A stretch of 64,000 bases of DNA from Candidatus Multivoradales bacterium. Its GTDB lineage: Bacteria > Acidobacteriota > Thermoanaerobaculia > Multivoradales > Multivoraceae. The notes under the pieces were generated by a model. The model was not told the DNA's origin, searched no databases, and worked only from the letters and a program-made list of their open reading frames with translations. Shown here one piece after another: positions 9,966-17,842 of this stretch. Made by a program: the position numbers and the translations under genes. Every line of letters starts with the position of its first letter. The first letter of the stretch is position 1. Location: the NCBI GenBank assembly GCA_965223325.1, contig CBDCWI010000002.1:2592001-2656000 (forward strand), given 5' to 3'.

Positions 9966-10499
9966 TCAAGCTATCCAGGTTCTGCCACCTGCAATCGACA
10001 CCACCTCGTACTCCGGCCCGGGGCCGAAACAGACCTCCCACCCTCCACCGTCGCCGCAGGTCGGTCCGGCAACACACCCGAACTCGATCGAGAAGGCCTC
10101 CTCGCTCGAGCGCTTGACCCCGAGCGAATAGCAGCAGCGCCGCCCGGCCTCGCGGAGAAACAGGCTCTTCGGGGTCGCCCCGCCATCGAGCGCCTCCTGC
10201 GCCAACCTCGTCGCGACACAACCGACAGCGCCTCTGGACTCGTCGCTCAGCGCGCGAAGGAAGCTCCGGAACCGCACTTCAGACAGCCGGAGCAGGGCCT
10301 GATAGCTCCCTTCGTCCAGACCAGACGGTATGGCTGCTCTTGTCTCGCGGCAATACGGATACTCGCTACAGCCGAGGAACGGACCGTTCCGACCCTTGCG
10401 CCGAACCAGCGTACCCGGGCACCCGGCTCTCGGACACGGGGTGTTCGGCAGCGCACCGCGCGGCTCGAGCGGCGTTGAATCGTCATCGGGGCGCCACAT
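9966..10499 (-). CDS. protein with topoisomerase-type C4 zinc ribbon and Cys-rich C-terminal domain
   Basis: CPRAGCPGTLVRRKGRNGPFLGCSEYPYC; start set at ATG 10499. Confidence 0.7.
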   Translation of the reverse strand: MWRPDDDSTPLEPRGALPNTPCPRAGCPGTLVRRKGRNGPFLGCSEYPYCRETRAAIPSGLDEGSYQALLRLSEVRFRSFLRALSDESRGAVGCVATRLAQEALDGGATPKSLFLREAGRRCCYSLGVKRSSEEAFSIEFGCVAGPTCGDGGGWEVCFGPGPEYEVVSIAGGRTWIA

Positions 10500-10515
10500 C
10501 GTTCCAGGTCGTCCT

Positions 10516-10547
10516 GAGGGAACCTCGCGTCGGGCGAGTGAAATGGT
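10516..10547. repeat. direct repeat copy 1 (att-like)
   Basis: GAGGGAACCTCGCGTCGGGCGAGTGAAATGGT, 31/32 identical to 12297-12328. Confidence 0.9.
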
Positions 10548-10739
10548 CGACCAACTCACTCAGAGTTCGAACACCGCTGGAGATCGAACACCCATTGATG
10601 GGCTCGGCCTTCTGCGTTCAGCCGTGCCGTTCGGCGAAGGCGTGCATCAAAGAATGACTTTACTACTGTTGAGAGGAGGCCTCTGCCGTCTCGGCAGCCT
10701 GATCTCGCGCTGAGTGTCGCCTCGCGCCCTCCCTAGAGA

Positions 10740-10774
10740 TTGCACAAAACTAAAAAATGACTTAAGGTTTGTGC
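10740..10774 (+). promoter_or_regulatory. sigma70-type promoter with overlapping inverted-repeat operator of the AbiE operon
   Basis: TTGCAC(10740)-N17-TAAGGT(10763); GCACAAA-N19-TTTGTGC inverted repeat at 10742-10774 in an AT-rich patch. Confidence 0.65.
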
Positions 10775-10777
10775 GAG

Positions 10778-11368
10778 ATGGTTGAAGGCGAAAAAACACT
10801 GGACACGCCGGATTGGGACGCCCTCTTCGACGTTGCACAGGCCCAGGCGGGCTACTTCACGACGAAGCAAGCAGCCCATGCAGGCTACTCTCCGCAGCTC
10901 CTGGCCTACTATCGAAACAACAGGGTCGAGCGGGTCCGGCGGGGGATCTACCGCCTCGTCCACTTCCCAGCCTCCGACCGCGAAGACCTTGTCGTCCTCT
11001 GGCTCTGGAGCGAACAGGAAGGAGTCTTCTCGCACGATACGGCACTGGCCCTCCACGATCTCTCGGACATCCTCCCGAGCCGGGTTCACCTGACGCTTCC
11101 AGCGGGGTGGCGCCGCAGGCGCCTCCGCGTGCCCACGGGGCTTGTGCTGTATTTCTCCGACATCGGCGACGGGGATCGTTCGAGCTTCGACGCAGTGCCC
11201 GTGACTCGACCGCGGCGGACTCTAGAGGACTGCATCGAGGCGCACGTCGAGCCGAGGCTCGTCGAGCAGGCAATCCGCCAAGCGCGGCAGCGCGGGCTTG
11301 TTTCGGCGAGGGAGGAGACCCGGCTCCGAGGCGAGCTGACGGGAGTAGGCGAGGCCACGGCGCCATGA
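10778..11368 (+). CDS. abiEi: type IV toxin-antitoxin AbiEi family antitoxin
   Basis: AQAQAGYFTTKQA, ERVRRGIYRL, FSHDTALALHDL, VPVTRPRRTLED. Confidence 0.88.
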   Translation: MVEGEKTLDTPDWDALFDVAQAQAGYFTTKQAAHAGYSPQLLAYYRNNRVERVRRGIYRLVHFPASDREDLVVLWLWSEQEGVFSHDTALALHDLSDILPSRVHLTLPAGWRRRRLRVPTGLVLYFSDIGDGDRSSFDAVPVTRPRRTLEDCIEAHVEPRLVEQAIRQARQRGLVSAREETRLRGELTGVGEATAP

Positions 11369-12265
11369 CGATCCGTCGGTACACCACGGCGCGGGCCTTC
11401 AAACAGGCTCTGGAGGACCGGCTCAAGGCCTCGTCGACGAGCGGCGCGGACTTCGCGCGCCGTCGCCAGCTTCTCGTGTTCGAACGATTCCTCGCCCCGC
11501 GTTGCCCAGGTAGCCGGCGACGCTGTGACACTCAAAGGTGGACTCGTGCTCGAGCTCCGTCTCGCGCGAGCGCGAACCACGAAGGACGTGGATCTGAGGA
11601 TGATGGGCTCGTCGAGTGAGGTTCTTGCCGGACTGCAAGAGGCCGGCCGGCTCGACCTCGGCGACGAGATGCTCTTCGGAGTTCAGCCCGACGAGCGGCA
11701 CCCCGAGATGCGGAACGACGGAATGCGCTACGAGGGATACCGGTACCGCGCTGAGTGCCGACTCGCCGGACAGGTGTACGGGCGACCCTTCGGCGTCGAC
11801 GTGGCGTTCGGTGACCCTCTGGTCGATGAGCCGGACATCGTCGTCGCGGAGAACACCCTCGGCTTTGCCGGAATCGCCCCACCGACCCTGCGTCTCTATC
11901 CTGTCGTCTCGCACATCGCCGAGAAGCTCCACGCACTCACGATGCCCCGTTCGCGGCCCAACTCGCGAGTTCGTGATCTCCCGGACCTCGCGCTGCTAGC
12001 TACGACTGGATCGATTGACGGGGAACTCGTTCGACGAGCAATCGAGACGACCTTCGAGTTCAGGGACACACATGGGGTTCCGGCCGCGATCCCGATGCCT
12101 GCGGAGTCTTGGGAGGCTCCGTATGCGGCGATGGCGACGGGGGAGCAGCTGCCTTGGGCAACGCTCCAGAAGGTCACAGAGGCGGTCTCGCTCTTTCTGG
12201 ATCCCATACTGCGGCCCGACAACGATCTGGGTTCTTGGGAGCCCTCCCAGTGGCGCTGGCGATGA
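11365..12265 (+). pseudogene. abiEii: AbiEii/AbiGii nucleotidyltransferase toxin with a +1 frameshift
   Basis: ATGA-coupled start (MTIRRYTTARAFKQALEDRL...FERFLA); removing one C from the C4 run at 11495-11498 gives LARVAQVAGDAVTLKGG...RTTKDVD...AEKLHA...SRVRDLPD. Confidence 0.8.
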
Positions 12266-12296
12266 CCACGTCCGCCCGTCGTTCTTCAACAACCTG

Positions 12297-12328
12297 GAGG
12301 GAACCTCGCGTCGGGCGAGTGGAATGGT
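12297..12328. repeat. direct repeat copy 2 (overlaps tRNA 3' ACCA)
   Basis: GAGGGAACCTCGCGTCGGGCGAGTGGAATGGT. Confidence 0.9.
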
Positions 12329-12400
12329 GGAGCAGAAGGGACTTGAACCCTCGACCCCCACGTTGCGAACGTGGTGCTCTCCCAGCTGAGCTACTGCCCC
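12325..12400 (-). tRNA. tRNA-Ala (anticodon CGC)
   Basis: GGGGCAGTAGCTCAGCTGGGAGAGCACCACGTT-CGC-AACGTGGGGGTCGAGGGTTCAAGTCCCTTCTGCTCCACCA, 76 nt cloverleaf with G3:U70 and encoded CCA. Confidence 0.96.
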
Positions 12401-12474
12401 ACAGGCGAGGGCGCATGTTAGCAGCTCCACCAACCCTCTGACTCGCGTGTGCGGTCAGCTATTCGGGCGGCGGT

Positions 12475-13227
12475 TCAGGGCGGCGGTTCAGACTGACCGC
12501 CGCGCAGCATCTCTTCGAATCGCACCGGCTCGACCCGTCGCCGCTTCATTCCCTGGCTGGTCTTGGTCATCACCACGAGGTCCTGAACGGTTCCGCCGAC
12601 CGGCGCGACGATCGTGCCACCAACCGCCAGCTGGTCCATCAACGGGTCTGGAATCTTCTTCGGCGCCGCACTCATGACAATGGCGTCAAACGGCGCCGCC
12701 TCCGGCCAACCGTTATAGCCGTCGGCAGTGCGCACCTGAACGTTGGAGTACTGCAGCCGTGCGAGCGTGGCGCGCGCCTCGGCCGCCAGATCCGGCCGAA
12801 TCTCAATGCTGTAGACCTCTTTTGCGATACGCGACAGGATCGCGGTGTGGTACCCCGAGCCGGTGCCGATTTCGAGCACCTTCTCGTCGCTCGAAAGTTC
12901 GAGCAGTTCGGTCATTCGCGCCACGATGTAGGGCTGTGAAACCGTCTGGCCGTGAGCGATGCGATCGGGAACGTCATCGTAGGCCGCGGCGCGTGCATCC
13001 TCCGGCAGGAACTCGTGACGGGGTACCGTCCGCAACGCATCGAGCACCGCTGGCCCATCGATTCCTCGCATCGCCAGGTCATCAACCATCACCGAGCGCT
13101 GCTCACTCCAAGAGTCTTGCGCCACCAGCGGCAGCGTACCGAGCGCGAGGGCGCTACAGACCATCACGAGCAAGACCGCAAACCGGCAGGCACCATCGTC
13201 CAGGCCAAGCGTTCGAAGACGCGACAC
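12475..13227 (-). CDS. pcm: protein-L-isoaspartate O-methyltransferase with N-terminal signal-like segment
   Basis: VPRHEFLP, GQTVSQPYIV, VLEIGTGSGY, DGYNGWPEAAPFDAI. Start uncertain (13227 or 13164), not 13629. Confidence 0.9.
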   Translation of the reverse strand: MSRLRTLGLDDGACRFAVLLVMVCSALALGTLPLVAQDSWSEQRSVMVDDLAMRGIDGPAVLDALRTVPRHEFLPEDARAAAYDDVPDRIAHGQTVSQPYIVARMTELLELSSDEKVLEIGTGSGYHTAILSRIAKEVYSIEIRPDLAAEARATLARLQYSNVQVRTADGYNGWPEAAPFDAIVMSAAPKKIPDPLMDQLAVGGTIVAPVGGTVQDLVVMTKTSQGMKRRRVEPVRFEEMLRGGQSEPPP

Positions 13228-13435
13228 GCTAAACGAGGCTCTGGGTTGGTTGACCAACGGCGACTCCGATCGGGAGGAGGGCAATGGGCTTCGGGCCGCT
13301 CGAGACAAACGACGGCTCCAGCGCATCATAACCACCCGCTGCTCCCGGTCATTCCCGCCGTCGCTCGATCCAGTCGATTCCCACTCATCCGCGCGGGCAT
13401 ACCGTAGGCCAATGAGAACGCTTAGACTGAGCCCA

Positions 13436-14794
13436 ATGCGTGAGGAGAATCCAGCCAGGAAGCGTTCGCCGCTCACTCCCCTGGCCGAAGCCTCCGAGAT
13501 CACAGCCAGCGCGATCGAGGAGTCAGTTGCTGACGAGACCGAAATCCTTTGGCTCGAGAACCTCACTCGCTCCATCGCCCTGGGGCTCGACCAGTCTCGG
13601 CGCGCCGACCGCGTCGCACGCTCCGCCACGGTTCGCGTCCGTCAGGGTGGTCGCAATGGTTCCTACCGTATCGGTCGGCCCGAAAGGGGAATGGTGGCTC
13701 TCGCCATCAGGCACGCCATCGCCGACGCGCATCTCAGTGCGCCGGTCCACTCACCGCCGCTACCCGGGCCCGATGAGCCGGAGCCTCGGTCACGTGCCCC
13801 TTACGATCGCGACCTCGCCCTGCTCACCGATCGAGGCGCACGGGCGCTGCTTTCCGCGCACGCTCTGACCGACGAAGCGGCGATCCTCGATTGGTGCGAG
13901 GGCACGGTCATCGTGCACAACAGCCACGGTCTGATGCGACGGGCCCGCACTACGGCCGTGACCGTGCAGGTGAGGTCGGGCGCCGGGCCGAGCGGCGCGG
14001 GGTTCTTTGTGCAGTCGGCGCGCCGTCTCGAGGACCTCGACATCGCGCATGCGTTCGAGCGCGCCCGCCGACGGCGGGCAAGAGGCACGACAACCGCTCC
14101 TCCACCGGCCCGTGACATCCCGCTCCTGCTCTCGGCCGAGGCAACGATCGAGCTCGTCAACCAGCTCGAGTTTCATGCCTTATCCGGGCGCGCCTACCGT
14201 CGCGGCACTTCGTTTCTACGCGAGCACCTGGGGGTTCAGGTCTTCGACCGCCACTTCAGCCTCCTCGACGACGGCACGGATCCGCGTGCGATGCCCTTCC
14301 CCTTCGATCTCGAGGGCCGTACCAAGCGACCGGTGGCGCTGGTCAAGACCGGCGTACCCAAGACACCGACCGTCGACACCCGCACTGCCTGGGAGTTGGG
14401 AATCGAGCCCACGGGTCATTGTGCCGGCGCCGAAGAAGGTCGTGGGTTGAATCTCTTCATGGCACCCGGCGAGCTTGGCCGCCAGGAACTGCTGCATCTG
14501 GCCGACGGGGGACTGTGGATCGGGCGCCTCGAGGAGGTCGAAGTTTTTGACCCCGGCCGCATGACGCTACGCGCTCACTGCCGCGGCGTGCGCAGGATCG
14601 AGAACGGCTCGATCGGTCCTGGAGTCGGCGAGTGCATCTGGGAGGACAGCTTGCTGCGCGTGTTCTCGAACCTGCTCGGAGTGGGCCGCGACCCGGTGGT
14701 TCGCGTCAGCCACGACGGTCTGCTCGGTGGTCTCTCCGCACCACCGGTCGTCATTGGCGAGGCGGCAGCACTGACCGTCCGATGCGCCGGCTAG
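13436..14794 (+). CDS. TldD/PmbA family protein (TldE/PmbA-like, no HExxxH)
   Basis: NSHGL, LLSAEA, SFLREHLG, LLDDGTDP...PFDLEG, PTGH, RIENG. Start uncertain (13412 or 13436). Confidence 0.8.
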   Translation: MREENPARKRSPLTPLAEASEITASAIEESVADETEILWLENLTRSIALGLDQSRRADRVARSATVRVRQGGRNGSYRIGRPERGMVALAIRHAIADAHLSAPVHSPPLPGPDEPEPRSRAPYDRDLALLTDRGARALLSAHALTDEAAILDWCEGTVIVHNSHGLMRRARTTAVTVQVRSGAGPSGAGFFVQSARRLEDLDIAHAFERARRRRARGTTTAPPPARDIPLLLSAEATIELVNQLEFHALSGRAYRRGTSFLREHLGVQVFDRHFSLLDDGTDPRAMPFPFDLEGRTKRPVALVKTGVPKTPTVDTRTAWELGIEPTGHCAGAEEGRGLNLFMAPGELGRQELLHLADGGLWIGRLEEVEVFDPGRMTLRAHCRGVRRIENGSIGPGVGECIWEDSLLRVFSNLLGVGRDPVVRVSHDGLLGGLSAPPVVIGEAAALTVRCAG

Positions 14795-14806
14795 GCCGTC
14801 GGGCGC

Positions 14807-16405
14807 TCAGCGGTCGCGGCGCACCAGCATCAAGGTCTGGTCGTCGTTCTGAGAGTTTCCTCGTGCAAAGGCGCCGAGGTCGGCTTCGAGAGTCCTGTGG
14901 GCGTCGGCCAACGGCTCGCCGCGGTGTTCGACCATGTGCTCGACGAGGCGCTCGAAGCCGTACTGGTCGTCGTTGGGCGCCTCGCACTCGTTGATGCCGT
15001 CGCTGTAGAGGCAGAGGAGATCTCCGGCGCCGAAGGCCACCGAGGCTTCCGTGTAGCGACTCATCGGCAACAGGCCGAGCGGTACTCCGCTCGGCTGGAG
15101 CAGCTCGGTTTCGCCGTTGGCACGCACCACGAAGCCCGGGTTGTGGCCAGCGTTGATGTAGACCAGCCGGTCGCTGTTGCGATCGAGAATGGCGAGAATC
15201 AAGGTGATGAACTTGTTGGCGCTGCTCGACTCCGCGATGTGCTGGTTGAGACGCGCGACGAGGTCGGGGTAGTCGTCGTAGCGGTCGACCATCAAGCGCA
15301 GCGCCGAGTGAATCGTCGACACCAGGAGGGCGGCCGGCATGCCCTTGCCGGTGACGTCGGCAACGACCACAGCGAGCCGATCGTCTCCGAGGGTGAAAGC
15401 GCCGTAGTAATCACCTCCAACCTCGCGCGCCGGGCGGTTCCAACCAAGCAACTCGAAGCCCTCGAGCTCGGGCAAGAGGTGCGGGAGAATTCCGCGCTGA
15501 ATCTCGGCCGCCAACTCCATTTCACGCCGAAGGCGCTCGTTGTCGAGGGCCTGCCGATGCAGCCGAGCATTCTCGAGAGCGATGGCCGCCTGAGCCGCAA
15601 ACAACGACAACGAACGGTAGTCGTCCTCGGTGAACGGACCAACCCCGGTTCGACTCTCCTTGTCGCCGACCAGCAACAAACCAACCGGTGAACCCTCGAC
15701 ATCGATCGAGACGGCCATCAGGTAGTGCATCCCTTCGGCATTCGCCTCGACGCTCCCACAGGCTTCGAGGAGCCGGCTGACTTCTGGAGAGTCGCGCGCA
15801 ATCGACGCCGGCGCGTCCCCGAGAATCGATCTCTGCAACCGGAACTCGTCGCCTTCGACCAGGTAGATCGCGCCCCGTCGCGCATCGAGGAGCGACACCG
15901 CGTGCATGAGAATGCTGTCGGTCAGTTCCTCGAGATCGAGAGTCGAGGTGATGCTGAGACCGACGTCGTAGAGCGCCTGCATCTTGACCGAGTCGAAGCT
16001 GTGCTCGAATTTCTGCCGTTTGAGTTCATCGGACAGTTCGTGCAGGTGAACCCCGGCAGTCAACAGGTGTTCGATCGCCGGCTCGCCGGGCGCAGCCAGT
16101 AACTCGGCCGGTACTGCGCCACCCTCACCGCCCTCGAAGAGAACCAACAGCCCGCCCGGCAGTTGGCGGACCTTGTCGTCGGCGGGCATCTCGTTCAGGT
16201 GGACCGGCAGGGCACCGGCACTTCCCACGACCACTCGGCGGCGCCACGACCCGTCGGGATTACCGGCGTAGACACCTGCTGCCGTCACACCAGAGCCTCG
16301 CGCCCACTGGGCAAGGAGTTCTTCAGCCAGCGAGCCACTGCGCCACTGGCCAGGCCCGAGCTGGCTCAGCGCATCCCAATCGACCTCTCGTACTTTCGAG
16401 GTCAT
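14807..16405 (-). CDS. GAF + SpoIIE/PP2C phosphatase (RsbU-like)
   Basis: AAQAAIALENARL, EVGGDYY, VADVTGKGMPAAL, NAGHNP, YSDGINE, DDQTL. Confidence 0.92.
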   Translation of the reverse strand: MTSKVREVDWDALSQLGPGQWRSGSLAEELLAQWARGSGVTAAGVYAGNPDGSWRRRVVVGSAGALPVHLNEMPADDKVRQLPGGLLVLFEGGEGGAVPAELLAAPGEPAIEHLLTAGVHLHELSDELKRQKFEHSFDSVKMQALYDVGLSITSTLDLEELTDSILMHAVSLLDARRGAIYLVEGDEFRLQRSILGDAPASIARDSPEVSRLLEACGSVEANAEGMHYLMAVSIDVEGSPVGLLLVGDKESRTGVGPFTEDDYRSLSLFAAQAAIALENARLHRQALDNERLRREMELAAEIQRGILPHLLPELEGFELLGWNRPAREVGGDYYGAFTLGDDRLAVVVADVTGKGMPAALLVSTIHSALRLMVDRYDDYPDLVARLNQHIAESSSANKFITLILAILDRNSDRLVYINAGHNPGFVVRANGETELLQPSGVPLGLLPMSRYTEASVAFGAGDLLCLYSDGINECEAPNDDQYGFERLVEHMVEHRGEPLADAHRTLEADLGAFARGNSQNDDQTLMLVRRDR

Positions 16406-16445
16406 GGCAATCAAACTCCCTAAGGCTGTCGCCGGGCCAGAGGTA

Positions 16446-16796
16446 CTAGCCGAGGCTTTCGACCGCGGCCGCCTCGTCGGCGAAGATCTCGGTGAACTGC
16501 GCCAGTCCCATGATGTGGAACGTCTTATCGATCGTTGGCGTGAGGTTGCAGAAGGCCAGCTTGCCTTCGATCTCGAGCATCTTCTCGATGATCTCGATGA
16601 GAATCGAGATTCCGATCGAGTTCACGATACGCGTACCGGCCAGGTTCAACAGCAGGACGTTGTGACCCTCGTCGATGAGTTCGTAGGCCGCTTTCGCGAT
16701 CTCCTCACCGCCCTGGTTGTTGATGTAGCCGTCGGTATAGATCACCGCCAGGCCGTTGTCTCGGCGGTCTACCTTCAGTTTGAGGCTCTCGGTCAT
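16446..16796 (-). CDS. STAS-domain anti-sigma factor antagonist (RsbV-like)
   Basis: LLLNLAGTRIVNSIGISIL with the phosphorylatable Ser; ATG at 16796. Confidence 0.88.
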   Translation of the reverse strand: MTESLKLKVDRRDNGLAVIYTDGYINNQGGEEIAKAAYELIDEGHNVLLLNLAGTRIVNSIGISILIEIIEKMLEIEGKLAFCNLTPTIDKTFHIMGLAQFTEIFADEAAAVESLG

Positions 16797-16821
16797 CCTG
16801 ATTCCTAATCCGCCCGCTTCT

Positions 16822-17256
16822 TCAACGGGACTTCGACATGACGACGGAGGTGCCGGAGGCACCAGACTCGACGTGGACCTCGTCCATCAGGCCCTCGATG
16901 ATGGTCAGACCCCAGCCGCGCTTGTCGAGTGCATGGAGCTTACGCTCAATCTTGGGTTCTACCACCTTCCCGGGGTCGAAACCAACGCCTCGATCGGTAA
17001 CGGTGATACGCAGGGTCTCGGGTTCTTCTTCGCCCAGGACGGAGAAAATCAGCAATAGCTTGCCATCCTTTGACCCGCTGTGCTCGACGGCATTGATGCA
17101 GGCCTCGACGACCGCCATTCGAACTTCGTCGACCTTGTCGGGGCTCATGGCCATCGACTCGGCGACCGCGCAGGCCTTGCTCTGGGCCTCGATCTCGATA
17201 TCGGGCTTGAGCTGGAGGACGAGCTTGACCTCTTGGAGAACCGAAGGCCTAGCCAT
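16822..17256 (-). CDS. anti-sigma factor Ser kinase (RsbW-like HATPase)
   Basis: AVVEACINAVEH, TDRGVGFD, RGWGLTIIEGLMDEV. Confidence 0.9.
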   Translation of the reverse strand: MARPSVLQEVKLVLQLKPDIEIEAQSKACAVAESMAMSPDKVDEVRMAVVEACINAVEHSGSKDGKLLLIFSVLGEEEPETLRITVTDRGVGFDPGKVVEPKIERKLHALDKRGWGLTIIEGLMDEVHVESGASGTSVVMSKSR

Positions 17257-17352
17257 GAACCGCCCCAGCCATGGGCGAACTCGGCCTTTGGCACGTGGCC
17301 TGCGGCAGCTTAGCCATTGAAGGAAGCATGGCTTTCGGGGACCTTGGAGAAG

Positions 17353-17523
17353 CTACAGCGACAGATAGAGCTGGAGTAGGTAGATGACCACGGGGTGCAC
17401 GCGATCCTCGACGAGCAGCGCAACAAACCCGCCCACGACGGCTGCGGTGAGCAGAGCCTGGGTCGGTATCGTCTCGGCACGAACAGCCGGATATGCAAGG
17501 GCGCGGCGCACGGACTGTAGCAT
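17353..17523 (-). CDS. small 56-aa hydrophobic protein (not in ORF track)
   Basis: MLQSVRRALAYPAVRAETIPTQALLTAAVVGGFVALLVEDRVHPVVIYLLQLYLSL*, preceded by GAGGAAGGAAG and a sigma54-like promoter. Confidence 0.65.
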   Translation of the reverse strand: MLQSVRRALAYPAVRAETIPTQALLTAAVVGGFVALLVEDRVHPVVIYLLQLYLSL

Positions 17524-17555
17524 GGGGTCTTCCTTCCTCTTGGACTGGAAGAGAC

Positions 17556-17572
17556 TTCAAAAGCCCTGCCAA
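17556..17572 (-). promoter_or_regulatory. sigma54-like -24/-12 promoter
   Basis: TTGGCAGGGCTTTTGAA; correct GG-N10 spacing but GA instead of GC at -12. Confidence 0.5.
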
Positions 17573-17671
17573 TAGGGCTCCAGGGCCCAAACCCCAGTCG
17601 CGACCCCCACGATCTGGCGCTCCGCCCTTGCCGGCCTGGCCGGCAAGGCCGCACAACCCTCGATCCAGGAC

Positions 17672-17688
17672 TGCGACATATTGTCGCA
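17672..17688. promoter_or_regulatory. palindromic upstream activator site candidate
   Basis: Perfect TGCGACA-TAT-TGTCGCA about 100 bp upstream of the sigma54-like promoter; related weaker sites near 17756-17790. Confidence 0.5.
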
Positions 17689-17842
17689 CCCGCCGGAGAC
17701 TTGGCGCGTCGCCACTCGCACGACCGGGGCGAAACTGCATGCTTGGCGGCCCCTTGGGACATTTTGCCCCATGCTGGGCATTCTGCCCCGACCTGGTTAC
17801 GAACCAGAACTGGGATTCCTCGTCGGGTGGCGCCTGGGAGCC

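Larger units (their letters stand above)
10516..12328. mobile_element. tRNA-Ala-associated islet carrying an AbiE TA module, no recombinase gene
   Basis: Bounded by 32-bp direct repeats, one overlapping the tRNA ACCA end; the only cargo is abiEi/abiEii. Confidence 0.6.

Noticed and set aside
10544-10620. Second tRNA gene at the distal repeat
   Set aside because: Has an ACCA end and GTTCGAA but no acceptor, D or anticodon stems; treated as an att-like remnant.
13228-13629. Long N-terminal extensions of pcm and the TldD/PmbA gene
   Set aside because: They overlap each other head-to-head and are low-complexity Arg/Ser-rich; downstream starts are more plausible.
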